Source: Candidatus Zixiibacteriota bacterium (lineage in GTDB: Bacteria > Zixibacteria > MSB-5A5 > GN15 > FEB-12). Taken from it: a DNA stretch of 64,000 bases. A program made the position numbers and the translations under genes. Numbering within the stretch: the stretch's first letter is position 1; each line of letters starts with the position of its first letter. A model generated the notes under the pieces. That model saw only the letters and a program-made list of their open reading frames with translations, searched no databases and was not told the DNA's origin. Shown piece by piece: positions 9,846 to 18,790 of the stretch. The stretch covers positions 10,986-74,985 of the forward strand of contig JAJRQO010000006.1 of NCBI GenBank assembly GCA_024280215.1, given 5' to 3'.

Positions 9846-11825
9846 ATGTGCGGTATAGCAGGATTTTTTCAGCTTCAAAATAAAAAAACACCAGATGTCG
9901 ACCTAATCAGTAAAATGATAAAAGTTATTGAACATCGGGGACCTGATGAATATGGTGTTTTATTCGACGACAAGGCAGTTTTGGGACATGCCAGACTATC
10001 TATTATCGATTTAGCTGGTGGTTCTCAACCATTGAGCAATGAAGATAATTCTATCTGGATAGTTTTCAATGGCGAAATCTACAACTATATCGAACTCAAA
10101 GAGGACTTACTCAAAGCCGGACACAAATTTCGCACAAATTCAGACACCGAAGTTATTGTCCATGCATATGAAGAATATGGCAAAGACTGTGTAAAATATT
10201 TTAATGGGCAGTTTGCCTTTTGTATTTATGACAAAAATAACGAGTCTCTTTTTATCTCCCGTGATAGAATGGGAATCCGCCCTCTCTTTTATACTGCATT
10301 CAACGGACGATTCTATTTTGGTTCTGAAATAAAATCAATCTTTTGCGATCCACAGATAATTAGAGCGATTGATTTGAATGGACTCGACCAGATTTTTACG
10401 TGGTGGACTACTGCTCCACCTAAAACAGTTTTTGAAAATATCTCAGAGCTTGAAGCGGGTTGTTCTCTTATTATCAAAGATGGTAAAATAAGCAAAGAGC
10501 GGTATTGGAATATCGAGTACCCTGAAAAATTTGACTACAACCGTTCGGTAGATTCTTGGGCTGAGGAGATGCATGCCTTGCTGGTTGACTCGGTGCGTTT
10601 ACGGCTTCGGGCTGACGTTCCAGTTGGGGCATACTTATCTGGCGGATTAGATTCTGCGGTGACGACTGCTCTGATTAAAAACTTTACAGATACGAAAGTA
10701 GAAACATTTTCAATCGCATTTGAAGATAAAGCATTTGATGAATCAATTTATCAAACTCAGATGTCAGAATTTTTAGGCACCAATCATCATGTTATAAAAT
10801 GTAACTACAAAGATATAGCAGAAAATTTCCCAAAAGTAATTTACCACACCGAAAAACCAATCGTCCGTACCGCTCCGACTCCGCTCATGCTTTTGTCGGG
10901 GCTTGTAAGAGATAACAATTTTAAAGTTGTCTTAACAGGTGAAGGTTCTGATGAAATCATTGGCGGGTATGATATTTTCAAAGAGACCTTGATACGTAAG
11001 TTTTGGTCAAAATTTCCAGATTCAAAATTTCGACCTGTCGCTCTTCGTAAACTCTACCCTACCCTACCTGTTTCGCAAGCAGATACGGGTGCTTATTTAG
11101 GAGAGTTTTATAAATCAGGCTTTGCTGAAATTGGTAAATATTATTTTTCACATATCCCTCGCATGAACACAACCACAAAAGTAAAAATGTTTTTCTCCCA
11201 GGATGTCAAAGAGTCCCTTGCCAATGCATCGGCAATAGATGCTTTTGGCGAGCACTTGCCTGATAATTTTGATAACTGGCATCATCTTTCTAAGGCACAA
11301 TATGTTGAAGCAAAGTCACTTATGGCTGGCTATATATTATCTTCACAAGGAGATAGAATGCTGACAGCAAATTCTATTGAAGGACGGTTTCCATTTTTAG
11401 ACCATCGTTTTGCGGAATTTTGTGCGACGATTCCACCTGGTCATAAAATATTTGGATTAAATGAAAAGTATCTGCTCAAAAAAGCGATGGAGAAAGAACT
11501 CCCGAAAGAAATTACCGAACGTGTCAAACAACCATATATGGCACCTGACTCAAATTCGTTTGTGCAATATGACTCTCCATCATATACACAGGATATTCTT
11601 TCCGAAGATTCATTATCAAAAGCAGGATTGTTTAATCCAAAATCTGTAAGTCGCTTAGTTGCAAAATGCACCAAGATGGCTGACAAGCATCTATCGTTTA
11701 AAGATAATATGTCGTTTATTTCAATACTTTCGACACAACTTTTGCATGAGAGGTTTATCAATAATTTTGAAATTCCGAAATCATTAGATAGGTCTGAGAT
11801 TAAAACATTCGTAGATTTACGATAA
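9846..11825 (+). CDS. asnB: asparagine synthase (glutamine-hydrolysing)
   Basis: N-terminal nucleophile MCGIAGF. The GATase-II domain carries RGPD and the synthetase domain carries SGGLDS. Confidence 0.9.
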   Translation: MCGIAGFFQLQNKKTPDVDLISKMIKVIEHRGPDEYGVLFDDKAVLGHARLSIIDLAGGSQPLSNEDNSIWIVFNGEIYNYIELKEDLLKAGHKFRTNSDTEVIVHAYEEYGKDCVKYFNGQFAFCIYDKNNESLFISRDRMGIRPLFYTAFNGRFYFGSEIKSIFCDPQIIRAIDLNGLDQIFTWWTTAPPKTVFENISELEAGCSLIIKDGKISKERYWNIEYPEKFDYNRSVDSWAEEMHALLVDSVRLRLRADVPVGAYLSGGLDSAVTTALIKNFTDTKVETFSIAFEDKAFDESIYQTQMSEFLGTNHHVIKCNYKDIAENFPKVIYHTEKPIVRTAPTPLMLLSGLVRDNNFKVVLTGEGSDEIIGGYDIFKETLIRKFWSKFPDSKFRPVALRKLYPTLPVSQADTGAYLGEFYKSGFAEIGKYYFSHIPRMNTTTKVKMFFSQDVKESLANASAIDAFGEHLPDNFDNWHHLSKAQYVEAKSLMAGYILSSQGDRMLTANSIEGRFPFLDHRFAEFCATIPPGHKIFGLNEKYLLKKAMEKELPKEITERVKQPYMAPDSNSFVQYDSPSYTQDILSEDSLSKAGLFNPKSVSRLVAKCTKMADKHLSFKDNMSFISILSTQLLHERFINNFEIPKSLDRSEIKTFVDLR

Positions 11826-11827
11826 AT

Positions 11828-12943
11828 TTATTCGATAATAAAAAAACGTTTGGAGTATTCTTTCATTCGATTTGGGATAGCAAGTTCTTCACGTTCAGAT
11901 TCTGAGTTTATCTTACGCTTAATCAAGTCAATATCACCAGCCATAACTTTTTTTACCCAATCTTTTTCAAGCATCAGAATTTTCCCCAACGCCACAAACT
12001 CTATCCCCTGTTCTAAAACTTCCATCGCTTGCTTCGGAGTTTCGATACCTCCGACACCTATGACTGGCATATACGGAAATGCATTTTTAATCATATAAGT
12101 AGGGTTGGTTCCTTGTGATATATCATTGCGAAGATTTGCATGATAGTCCCATGAGGAGACATGGATAATGTCTACACCATACGGCACTAAAATTTTCAAT
12201 AAGTCGATTGTATCTTTAGTCGAATAACCAAATGGTTCCGCTTCTTCAGGTGAGATACGATAGGTGATTGGGTAGTCATCACCAACTTCAGCACGAACTG
12301 CTTTTAAAATTTCACGAGAGAACCGTGAACGATTTTCAAGTCTGTTACGACCGGGGAGTGTAACATCACCGCCCCATTGGTCATTTCGTTTATTTGTAAA
12401 TGGTGAGAAAAATTGTTGAAGCAGATATGTATTGGCACCATGCAATTCAATCCCTGTAAATCCCGCCTGTTTGGCACGACTTGCTGCTTTGGCAAAGGAT
12501 TCAATCGCCATCCAAATATCTTCTACGGTCATTGCTTGAGGCAGTTCTGATGTACCTGTTCTGTTTTTACAAGCTGATGGTGCTAATGGTTTTCGATTAG
12601 TGTAAATTTCTTTGGCAGCGTTGCCACCATGATGGATTTGAAGTAATGAAACAGCCCCATGTTTGTTGATAGCTTCGGCACAACGAGAAAGAGAATCAAG
12701 CATAGCATCATCATGACACCCGACTTGACGTTCGAAGGCTTGTCCATACTTGTGAACAAAACAAGCAGGGGTTATAATAGTCCCGATACCATCTTCAGCT
12801 CTTTGAGAAAGATACTTGATTTCTTCATCTGAGAAAGAGCCATCAAGTTCACCAGAAATAGTAGTCATAGGAGCCATAACGAGACGGTTTTTCATCGTTA
12901 CTTTTTTTATTTTTGCAGCTTCAAAAAGTTTGTCGTAATCCAT
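11828..12943 (-). CDS. NADH:flavin oxidoreductase (Old Yellow Enzyme family)
   Basis: Motifs RLVMAPMTT, LQIHHGG and GFTGIELHGANTYLLQQFFSP are typical OYE TIM-barrel motifs. Confidence 0.85.
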   Translation of the reverse strand: MDYDKLFEAAKIKKVTMKNRLVMAPMTTISGELDGSFSDEEIKYLSQRAEDGIGTIITPACFVHKYGQAFERQVGCHDDAMLDSLSRCAEAINKHGAVSLLQIHHGGNAAKEIYTNRKPLAPSACKNRTGTSELPQAMTVEDIWMAIESFAKAASRAKQAGFTGIELHGANTYLLQQFFSPFTNKRNDQWGGDVTLPGRNRLENRSRFSREILKAVRAEVGDDYPITYRISPEEAEPFGYSTKDTIDLLKILVPYGVDIIHVSSWDYHANLRNDISQGTNPTYMIKNAFPYMPVIGVGGIETPKQAMEVLEQGIEFVALGKILMLEKDWVKKVMAGDIDLIKRKINSESEREELAIPNRMKEYSKRFFIIE

Positions 12944-13015
12944 AAGACTAACATGGCAGACTATTCCGACAAAGTCAATATTGAAACAAAACAGAGTTTG
13001 ATTGCTTTGCTAAAA

Positions 13016-15613
13016 CTAATTTGATTTTGATGAGAGGACAAAGTTTATATTTTCGATAAATGAACCACCTGCGAGCGGTTTGATTTCAAAATCAATATAT
13101 GGAGGGTCTGAGACATATCCATATTTATCAAGTTCATTTTTATCTATATAGGCTCGGTATGAACCTGGAATAAGTCCAAGGTAATAGAAATCACCCGAGT
13201 TAAATGTTGGCAGTTCTATAAGAGTTTCTTTTGAAAGGTTCATAACGTATATTTTGAACCCACCAAGACCCGTTTTAATTGAGCCAAGTTGTCTCTCTAC
13301 CTTACCACTTAATTCACTCGCGGTTACAATTGGAACTTTGATTGAGGTGACAACATTTGGATTTATTTTCACTTTATAATTTTCATGTGTTGGTTTGAGC
13401 ATTGGGTTATCAAGTGAATATTTATCAATCTGAATAGTGTAATCTTCATAAGGTCGTAAATTATTGTAAAAATATTTTCGTTGTGTTGTTCCGCCAGTGA
13501 CATTAACTCTGGCACCTTTTATTTTTGCTCTGAGTCCTTCAAGATATTCTTCATCGTTATCCATGACACCGTTATAGTTATCATCTAAAAATGGTTTCAC
13601 AACAGCCGCACCAAAACCGATTGCGTTTTTACGATCAAAATGGAACGAATTATTTTGAGAGTCGTATCGTATTGAGCCTTTTTGCATTTGATTATACGAA
13701 ACTGCATTATCATTTTTTAAGACACGTGATGTAAAGTCAGCAAATGATTTCAACAGATTGACGGTGACCATAAATGTATTGGACTGTGAACGATTGTTTC
13801 TTTCATAAGAAAATGAAACTTGTGATGTTCTGAATATTCGTTTTGCAAAAAAGAATCCATATTTTTCTATCTCACTTGTAGAGTGATTGTAGTTGACTCT
13901 AAATTGTGGTCGGATAAATTTTATGATATTTGTTGAGAACAACATCTGACTCGCAATCGAGTTATCAATATGAAAAGCTGAATTGTTAATTTTATATTGA
14001 CCAATATAAGTAATATAGAATGGATTGGCTGAAATATTAAATCCATAGTTCATATTAATTGAGGTTGATATTTCATATTTGTCGTAGGTCACGTTGTAAC
14101 GAACACCAACATTTTGACCAAAGATTTTTAGTGGTGATGAAAGAGCAATTTGTGCTGAATATTTTCTATCAAGAGGGTTCTTCAATGGATTTAACGCAAA
14201 TTTTGAAAAGGATGCATTGACATTTAAGACAGATGGAAGTGAATAATTTATCCTAGCACGATTGAGATAGCTTGGAATAAGAGCAGTATTAAAAGTCATG
14301 TTACCAATAATCTGATAGGTTGCTTCAAAGCCAATCAAAGGTTTTGAATCTTCATCCATAGCAAGTGGGATCTCAGAACTCACGCCAACAGTTATATTAT
14401 GAGTTACTCCATATAAAGAATTTGTTTGAACAAAATTTTTCTTTGTATGATTTTCAAAACCTTCACCCGCTGCGATAGCATATTCAAATTCACCTTTTGG
14501 AATCAAGGAATAAGGTACCCGTGCGATATGTTCTTTTGTCTGATATTCGCCATTTGGTCCGTACATACGGAGTTCTATATCAGAAGAGCCATAGTAGATA
14601 TCTGTTGAGAATTCATACATTCCGTCAGATTCAGTCATCATATAGTCTGTTAATTTATTATCAACATAGAGTTCTACTTCCCAATTAGGTCCGATAAAAT
14701 CATTAATGAGTATTGATTGGAAGAACTTTCGCCTTACTTGGGGACGATTAGTGAGCATACCACCTGTAACAGTCCTGCTTAAAGCACCACCCCCAGCGAC
14801 ATCGCCAACTTCAGCTTGAGAAATAAATTTATTATTATGAAAGACATAGTGCCATTTATAATTAAACTGGTCTGTTTCAAAAAGTTTACTGTCGACATCT
14901 CCCACCGAGCCACCAGAACTCAACTGTAAATCACCACCTAAAGCCATACCACCAAAACGAAGATTGTAGTAATGTTTGTTCCGACCTCCTACTGGATTAG
15001 CAGAAAGAACCCAGTCCAATGTTCCACCGCTGAGATATTGACGACTGTATTGAATGTCGACAACATCTTTAAGAGCAATTTCTTCCTTGTCTAATTTTTC
15101 CCGAGCTATTCTTCTTTTTAGTTTTTTATATATTGGGAAATCTTCATCAAGTCTGAGAAACACACGTAAAAGGGTAAAATCGAAATCCGCATTGAGATTA
15201 AAAATTTGGTTGATTGCATCAAGTTTGATATATAAATCATCCTCTCCAAAGTAATAGTTGGAAGCAAGAAAAGGAATCTCTTCACCAAACACCTTGATTT
15301 GGTTTTTTGCTAAATCAAATTCAAATCTTCTCTCTTTTGTCAGATAAAACCCCTCGATTTTTCGTGTAAGAAAATTAGCTTCGACATTAATATCTAAGAG
15401 TGTAAAAACTTTCACCAAAGGTAAATAGACCGTATTTCCATCATACATTACAAACATATCTGTGACAATAGCTTTTGGAACTTCAAAAGAAATCACAATT
15501 TCTTCCAGTTCCAACTCTGTTGTTGGATATACCTGTGCATTGATTTTTTCTGTTGAAACCATAATGGTTAACGTCAGCATCAATAGCAAATGTAAGTTAG
15601 AATACTTTAACAT
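13016..15613 (-). CDS. outer-membrane usher-like protein of the pilus locus (putative)
   Basis: Signal peptide ending INAQ; 865 aa, which is usher size. Residues 310-359 (nt 14537..14686), NWEVELYVDNKLTDYMMTESDGMYEFSTDIYYGSSDIELRMYGPNGEYQ, follow the usher plug-like pattern V.V..N......T...G.F.F.....G...L.V.....G. A long Y/N/S-rich amphipathic region is consistent with a beta-barrel. The C-terminus has prealbumin/Ig-like domains (DDNYNGVMDNDEEYLEG; GKVERQ...GFKIYVMN...GDFYYLGLIPGSYRAY). The gene starts 20 nt downstream of the chaperone candidate. Confidence 0.55.
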   Translation of the reverse strand: MLKYSNLHLLLMLTLTIMVSTEKINAQVYPTTELELEEIVISFEVPKAIVTDMFVMYDGNTVYLPLVKVFTLLDINVEANFLTRKIEGFYLTKERRFEFDLAKNQIKVFGEEIPFLASNYYFGEDDLYIKLDAINQIFNLNADFDFTLLRVFLRLDEDFPIYKKLKRRIAREKLDKEEIALKDVVDIQYSRQYLSGGTLDWVLSANPVGGRNKHYYNLRFGGMALGGDLQLSSGGSVGDVDSKLFETDQFNYKWHYVFHNNKFISQAEVGDVAGGGALSRTVTGGMLTNRPQVRRKFFQSILINDFIGPNWEVELYVDNKLTDYMMTESDGMYEFSTDIYYGSSDIELRMYGPNGEYQTKEHIARVPYSLIPKGEFEYAIAAGEGFENHTKKNFVQTNSLYGVTHNITVGVSSEIPLAMDEDSKPLIGFEATYQIIGNMTFNTALIPSYLNRARINYSLPSVLNVNASFSKFALNPLKNPLDRKYSAQIALSSPLKIFGQNVGVRYNVTYDKYEISTSINMNYGFNISANPFYITYIGQYKINNSAFHIDNSIASQMLFSTNIIKFIRPQFRVNYNHSTSEIEKYGFFFAKRIFRTSQVSFSYERNNRSQSNTFMVTVNLLKSFADFTSRVLKNDNAVSYNQMQKGSIRYDSQNNSFHFDRKNAIGFGAAVVKPFLDDNYNGVMDNDEEYLEGLRAKIKGARVNVTGGTTQRKYFYNNLRPYEDYTIQIDKYSLDNPMLKPTHENYKVKINPNVVTSIKVPIVTASELSGKVERQLGSIKTGLGGFKIYVMNLSKETLIELPTFNSGDFYYLGLIPGSYRAYIDKNELDKYGYVSDPPYIDFEIKPLAGGSFIENINFVLSSKSN

Positions 15614-15633
15614 AGCCTACTCTCTGTTTATTC

Positions 15634-16512
15634 CTACTCGTTCAGAGCAACTATTTCAGAAAGTTCATTACCAAAAACCATTTCATTGGCAGGAATATCA
15701 TTTCTTCCTTTATTAGTAATAGAAACTGCAACTGAATAAGGTTTTTGGAAATTACCCTCAACAAGAGGTAGAGTAATTTTTCTTTTTAAATCTCTATAGA
15801 CAGCAAGTTGCAAATGATGTTTGCTTATTTCTTTTTTATTGGCATCTAAGAGTCGGCATTCAAGTAGACCGATATATGAAACATTACCTTTGTTTTTCAT
15901 ATCAACAATGACATCAATCGTTGATTCATTGTAAACGATGTCAGTTCCATTGATTTCAAGAGCAGCAACCAATTCACCTGTACGATATTTCAGCATAACC
16001 GCAGTTCTCATAATCATATTTAATTGCGTTGTGATTTGTTCCGCATCTGTAGCGGTAGGAATAGATGTAATCCCCTCTTGAGACTCAACGACAACCCGCA
16101 CCCAGTACTCACCGTCTTCAAGACCTTTTGGAGGTCTTGCAATAAACCGAACAACTTGCGAACCGTTTGGTGGGATAATCAGTTTTCTTGGGAATGCTTT
16201 AACCCAACCAAGTGCTGAACGAGGATCAGTAATAGCGGTGTCACGCAGAAAGATATTTACGTTACCCATACTATCAGATTCAGGGATTCCAAAACTAAAA
16301 CTAATTGAAACTTCTTTTGGAGAGTTAGATGGATTTTGCAAATTCATCCGACCTGTTTTAGCTTTACCATCTAAGACAATAACGGATGGAGCTACTAATA
16401 CTCCAGCGGTTACTTGTGAAAGAGGAGCGACTAAAAGTATCAAAACTATAAAAAATCCCCATAAGGAATTCTGTGAATTACCATTAATGAGGATTCTATT
16501 TTCTTTATTCAT
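15634..16512 (-). CDS. periplasmic PapD-like pilus chaperone (putative)
   Basis: It has a signal peptide. The segment GVLVAPSVIVLDGKAKTGRMNLQNPSNSPKEVSISF ... AFPRKLIIPPNGSQVVRFIARPPKGLEDGEYWVRVVVESQEG follows the PapD_N pattern (v.v.P..i.l......v.l.N....v... then P..f.l.Pg..q.vRi....lp.d.E..y.l.v.e). A second Ig-like half follows. The canonical PapD Arg8 equivalent is not obvious. Confidence 0.6.
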   Translation of the reverse strand: MNKENRILINGNSQNSLWGFFIVLILLVAPLSQVTAGVLVAPSVIVLDGKAKTGRMNLQNPSNSPKEVSISFSFGIPESDSMGNVNIFLRDTAITDPRSALGWVKAFPRKLIIPPNGSQVVRFIARPPKGLEDGEYWVRVVVESQEGITSIPTATDAEQITTQLNMIMRTAVMLKYRTGELVAALEINGTDIVYNESTIDVIVDMKNKGNVSYIGLLECRLLDANKKEISKHHLQLAVYRDLKRKITLPLVEGNFQKPYSVAVSITNKGRNDIPANEMVFGNELSEIVALNE

Positions 16513-16590
16513 AATCGTACTATCCTATGTTTTGTTATTAAATCATTTCGCAATCCTATGCAAAATGCTTTTAAAATAAAATTATTTTAC

Positions 16591-17139
16591 TTACGCACCA
16601 TTATAGGCAACTGTTAAAATAATATCAGCAGTATACGCGCCAGCAGTTTGATCGACAGATGGGTTAACAGAACCACCTAAGAACAAGCCAGTTTGTCCAG
16701 CACCACCAATAACTACACCAGTTGGTAAGTTATAAGGGTTTTGGTTTAAATAACCTGTTGCTGCTGTTGGATCAACGTTAGCACTTGTATCAACACCACA
16801 GTCAGTAGTACTGAAAGTAATAACCATACGGTCATCGCCTGTTGCTGTTGACATATAGTCAGGTAGTTGTAAATAAATCGAAATACCTGATGTTGCTTGA
16901 CCAGTAATAGTGAAGACACCTGCGTTAGCATTATCTTCAGCAACTGAAGATGCAACGCCTTGGAATATTGTACCAAAGACTAATGCTGCTGATGCTGTAA
17001 CTGTTAATGGAGTTTGAACTGTAGCTGTTGCAGAACCTGCGGCTACGTCTTGTGCTTGAACTGCTGTCGGACTGCCTAAGGCAATCATCATGACAAACAA
17101 GGCCAATACCAAGAATAGATTTTTGTTTACTTTACACAT
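16591..17139 (-). CDS. DUF4402/SCPU-like secreted pilus subunit, paralog D
   Basis: Signal peptide ending VQAQ. Motifs L.FG..FQGV, FTITGQ..SGISI.LQLPDYM, and C-terminal QTAGAYTADIILTVAYNGA (G.Y....i.vTV.Y). SD AAGGAAG lies 4 nt from the ATG. About four in five residues are identical to paralog C by eye. Confidence 0.65.
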   Translation of the reverse strand: MCKVNKNLFLVLALFVMMIALGSPTAVQAQDVAAGSATATVQTPLTVTASAALVFGTIFQGVASSVAEDNANAGVFTITGQATSGISIYLQLPDYMSTATGDDRMVITFSTTDCGVDTSANVDPTAATGYLNQNPYNLPTGVVIGGAGQTGLFLGGSVNPSVDQTAGAYTADIILTVAYNGA

Positions 17140-17151
17140 GCTGCTTCCTTT
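17138..17151. repeat. left arm of a 14-bp perfect inverted repeat (atgctgcttccttt)
   Basis: This arm is the exact reverse complement of 18013..18026. It covers the start codon and Shine-Dalgarno of pilin paralog D. Confidence 0.9.
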
Positions 17152-17198
17152 TTTTTAAAAAATATTACTTTGTTTATGTTTTGTTAAATTTAAAACTA

Positions 17199-17756
17199 CT
17201 ATGTCCCATTATATGCGACGGTTAAAATAACATCGGCAGTATACGCACCTGCTGTTTGATCAACAGAAGGTAGAACCTGCCCACCTAAAAATAATGCCGT
17301 TTGAGTACTGGCTGTTCCGACAATAACAGTTGTCGGTAAGTTGTATGGATTTTGATTCACCCATCCATTACCAAAAGTTGTTGGGTCAGTATTAGCAGAG
17401 GTGTCAATAGCACAATCTGTTGTACTAAATGCAATCACCATCCGATCATCACCAGTTGCAGTTGACATATAATCAGGAAGTTGTAAAAAGATAGAAATCC
17501 CTGACCCAGCTTGACCTGTAATAGTAAATACACCAGCCGAAGCATTTGTCTCAGCAACTGAAACAGGTACTCCTTGGAAAATTGTACCAAAAGCAAGGGC
17601 TGCTGCAGCAGTCACTGTTAATGGAGTCTGCACTGTTGCTGTAGCTTGACCAACAGCAACGTCCTGTGCTGTGACCGAAGCAACCATGAGAAAACTCATC
17701 GTCAGTAGCAGTACTAAAATTTTCCAATTGAAAGGCATCTTTCGTTCTGAATTCAT
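17199..17756 (-). CDS. DUF4402/SCPU-like secreted pilus subunit, paralog C
   Basis: Same architecture as D. SD AGGAGA lies 5 nt from the ATG. The signal peptide ends VTAQ. Confidence 0.65.
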   Translation of the reverse strand: MNSERKMPFNWKILVLLLTMSFLMVASVTAQDVAVGQATATVQTPLTVTAAAALAFGTIFQGVPVSVAETNASAGVFTITGQAGSGISIFLQLPDYMSTATGDDRMVIAFSTTDCAIDTSANTDPTTFGNGWVNQNPYNLPTTVIVGTASTQTALFLGGQVLPSVDQTAGAYTADVILTVAYNGT

Positions 17757-17982
17757 GCCTGTCTCCTATTTATTAATTCAAACTATTTTTTCTGTTTATA
17801 ACTTTATCTTAGTTCTTAAATCGTCACACAGTGCAATTACTTAACATGAAAATTGAGAAAAACTGAATAAATCCTATACTTTTGAGACAGAATAGAGGGG
17901 AAAAACTATATTTATGTATCGACTCACCAATTTTTCCGCTAAATTATTGAAAATCAATGCGTTATGCTTTAAGAATAATAAT

Positions 17983-18012
17983 AAAAAAAGTCCGCCAGTA
18001 AGCGGACTTTTT
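17983..18012 (-). terminator. rho-independent terminator inside the pilus locus, downstream of subunit B
   Basis: The GC-rich stem gtccgc / gcggac has a 6-nt loop. It is flanked by a 7-nt A-run on one side and a 5-nt T-run on the other, so it is bidirectional in form. On the minus strand the hairpin is followed by TTTTTTT. Confidence 0.8.
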
Positions 18013-18026
18013 AAAGGAAGCAGCAT
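18013..18026. repeat. right arm of the 14-bp perfect inverted repeat (aaaggaagcagcat)
   Basis: This arm is the exact reverse complement of 17138..17151. It lies between the stop codon of subunit B (18038) and the terminator hairpin. Confidence 0.9.
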
Positions 18027-18037
18027 ATAAACAACAA

Positions 18038-18595
18038 TTATGTGCCGTTATATGCCACAGTAACTATAATATTTCCAGAATATGCTCCAGCAGATTGATC
18101 AACAGATGGTAAAACCCGACCACCTAAAAACAACATCGTATGAGAAACGACATCTGAGCCAATCACAAGTCCAGTTGGTAAATTATTTGGATCAACATCC
18201 AACCAGCCAGCACCAAAAGCCGATGGGTCAGTATTAAGAGTTGAGTCTATTGTTAAATCATTCGTTCGAAATGCGATATTCATTCTATCAAATCCAGTTG
18301 GTGTTGCCAAGTATTGCGGAAGCGTTAAATAAGCAGAGATCCCAGCACCCGCAGCACCAGTAATAGTAAAAATACCAGCAGCAGCGGCATCGTTGTTGGT
18401 CACAGATTTTGCAACACCTTGAAAGACAGACCCAAATTGTAAATCCTGAGTGTTCACAATAGCAAGAGCAGCCTGCACATTAGCGGTGGCGGAACCATTG
18501 GCAACATCCTGAGCGGAAACAGACTGAGTCATTGTAAGACCAGCAACAAACAGTATAAAGTATCGTATAATTTTTAAATCTAAATTGTTAAACAT
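18038..18595 (-). CDS. DUF4402/SCPU-like secreted pilus subunit, paralog B (candidate major subunit)
   Basis: The ATG at 18595 is preceded by GGAG 6 nt upstream; the ORF track starts at a GTG at 18607. The signal peptide ends VSAQ. Motifs LQFGSVFQGV, FTITGAAGAGISAYLTLPQYL and QSAGAYSGNIIVTVAYNGT. Its own terminator follows. Confidence 0.65.
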   Translation of the reverse strand: MFNNLDLKIIRYFILFVAGLTMTQSVSAQDVANGSATANVQAALAIVNTQDLQFGSVFQGVAKSVTNNDAAAAGIFTITGAAGAGISAYLTLPQYLATPTGFDRMNIAFRTNDLTIDSTLNTDPSAFGAGWLDVDPNNLPTGLVIGSDVVSHTMLFLGGRVLPSVDQSAGAYSGNIIVTVAYNGT

Positions 18596-18790
18596 GAAAT
18601 GCTCCACTTCAATATTTATATTTGAAATTATCTTCTACTCTCAATATCGCCAGTTCATATATAGGAGATTATTGTTTTTGATGTATTAAAAGTTCCGCAA
18701 AGAAAGATTGTATTATTGTACACCATTCTATTGGTCGATTCCAACACAATATGCAGAACTATGGGGTTGCCCCTATATATTATTTAGAAA

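Noticed and set aside
12944-13015. I expected a tip-adhesin or further subunit gene, or a terminator, downstream of the usher-like gene.
   Set aside because: Only 72 nt separate the usher stop from the start of the unrelated OYE gene. No ORF or convincing hairpin is present, so the locus ends at the usher.
18608-18790. A possible terminator (ggggcaacccc on the minus strand) after pilin subunit A.
   Set aside because: It has only a 4-bp G/C stem with a 3-nt loop and no following T-run, which is too weak to call.
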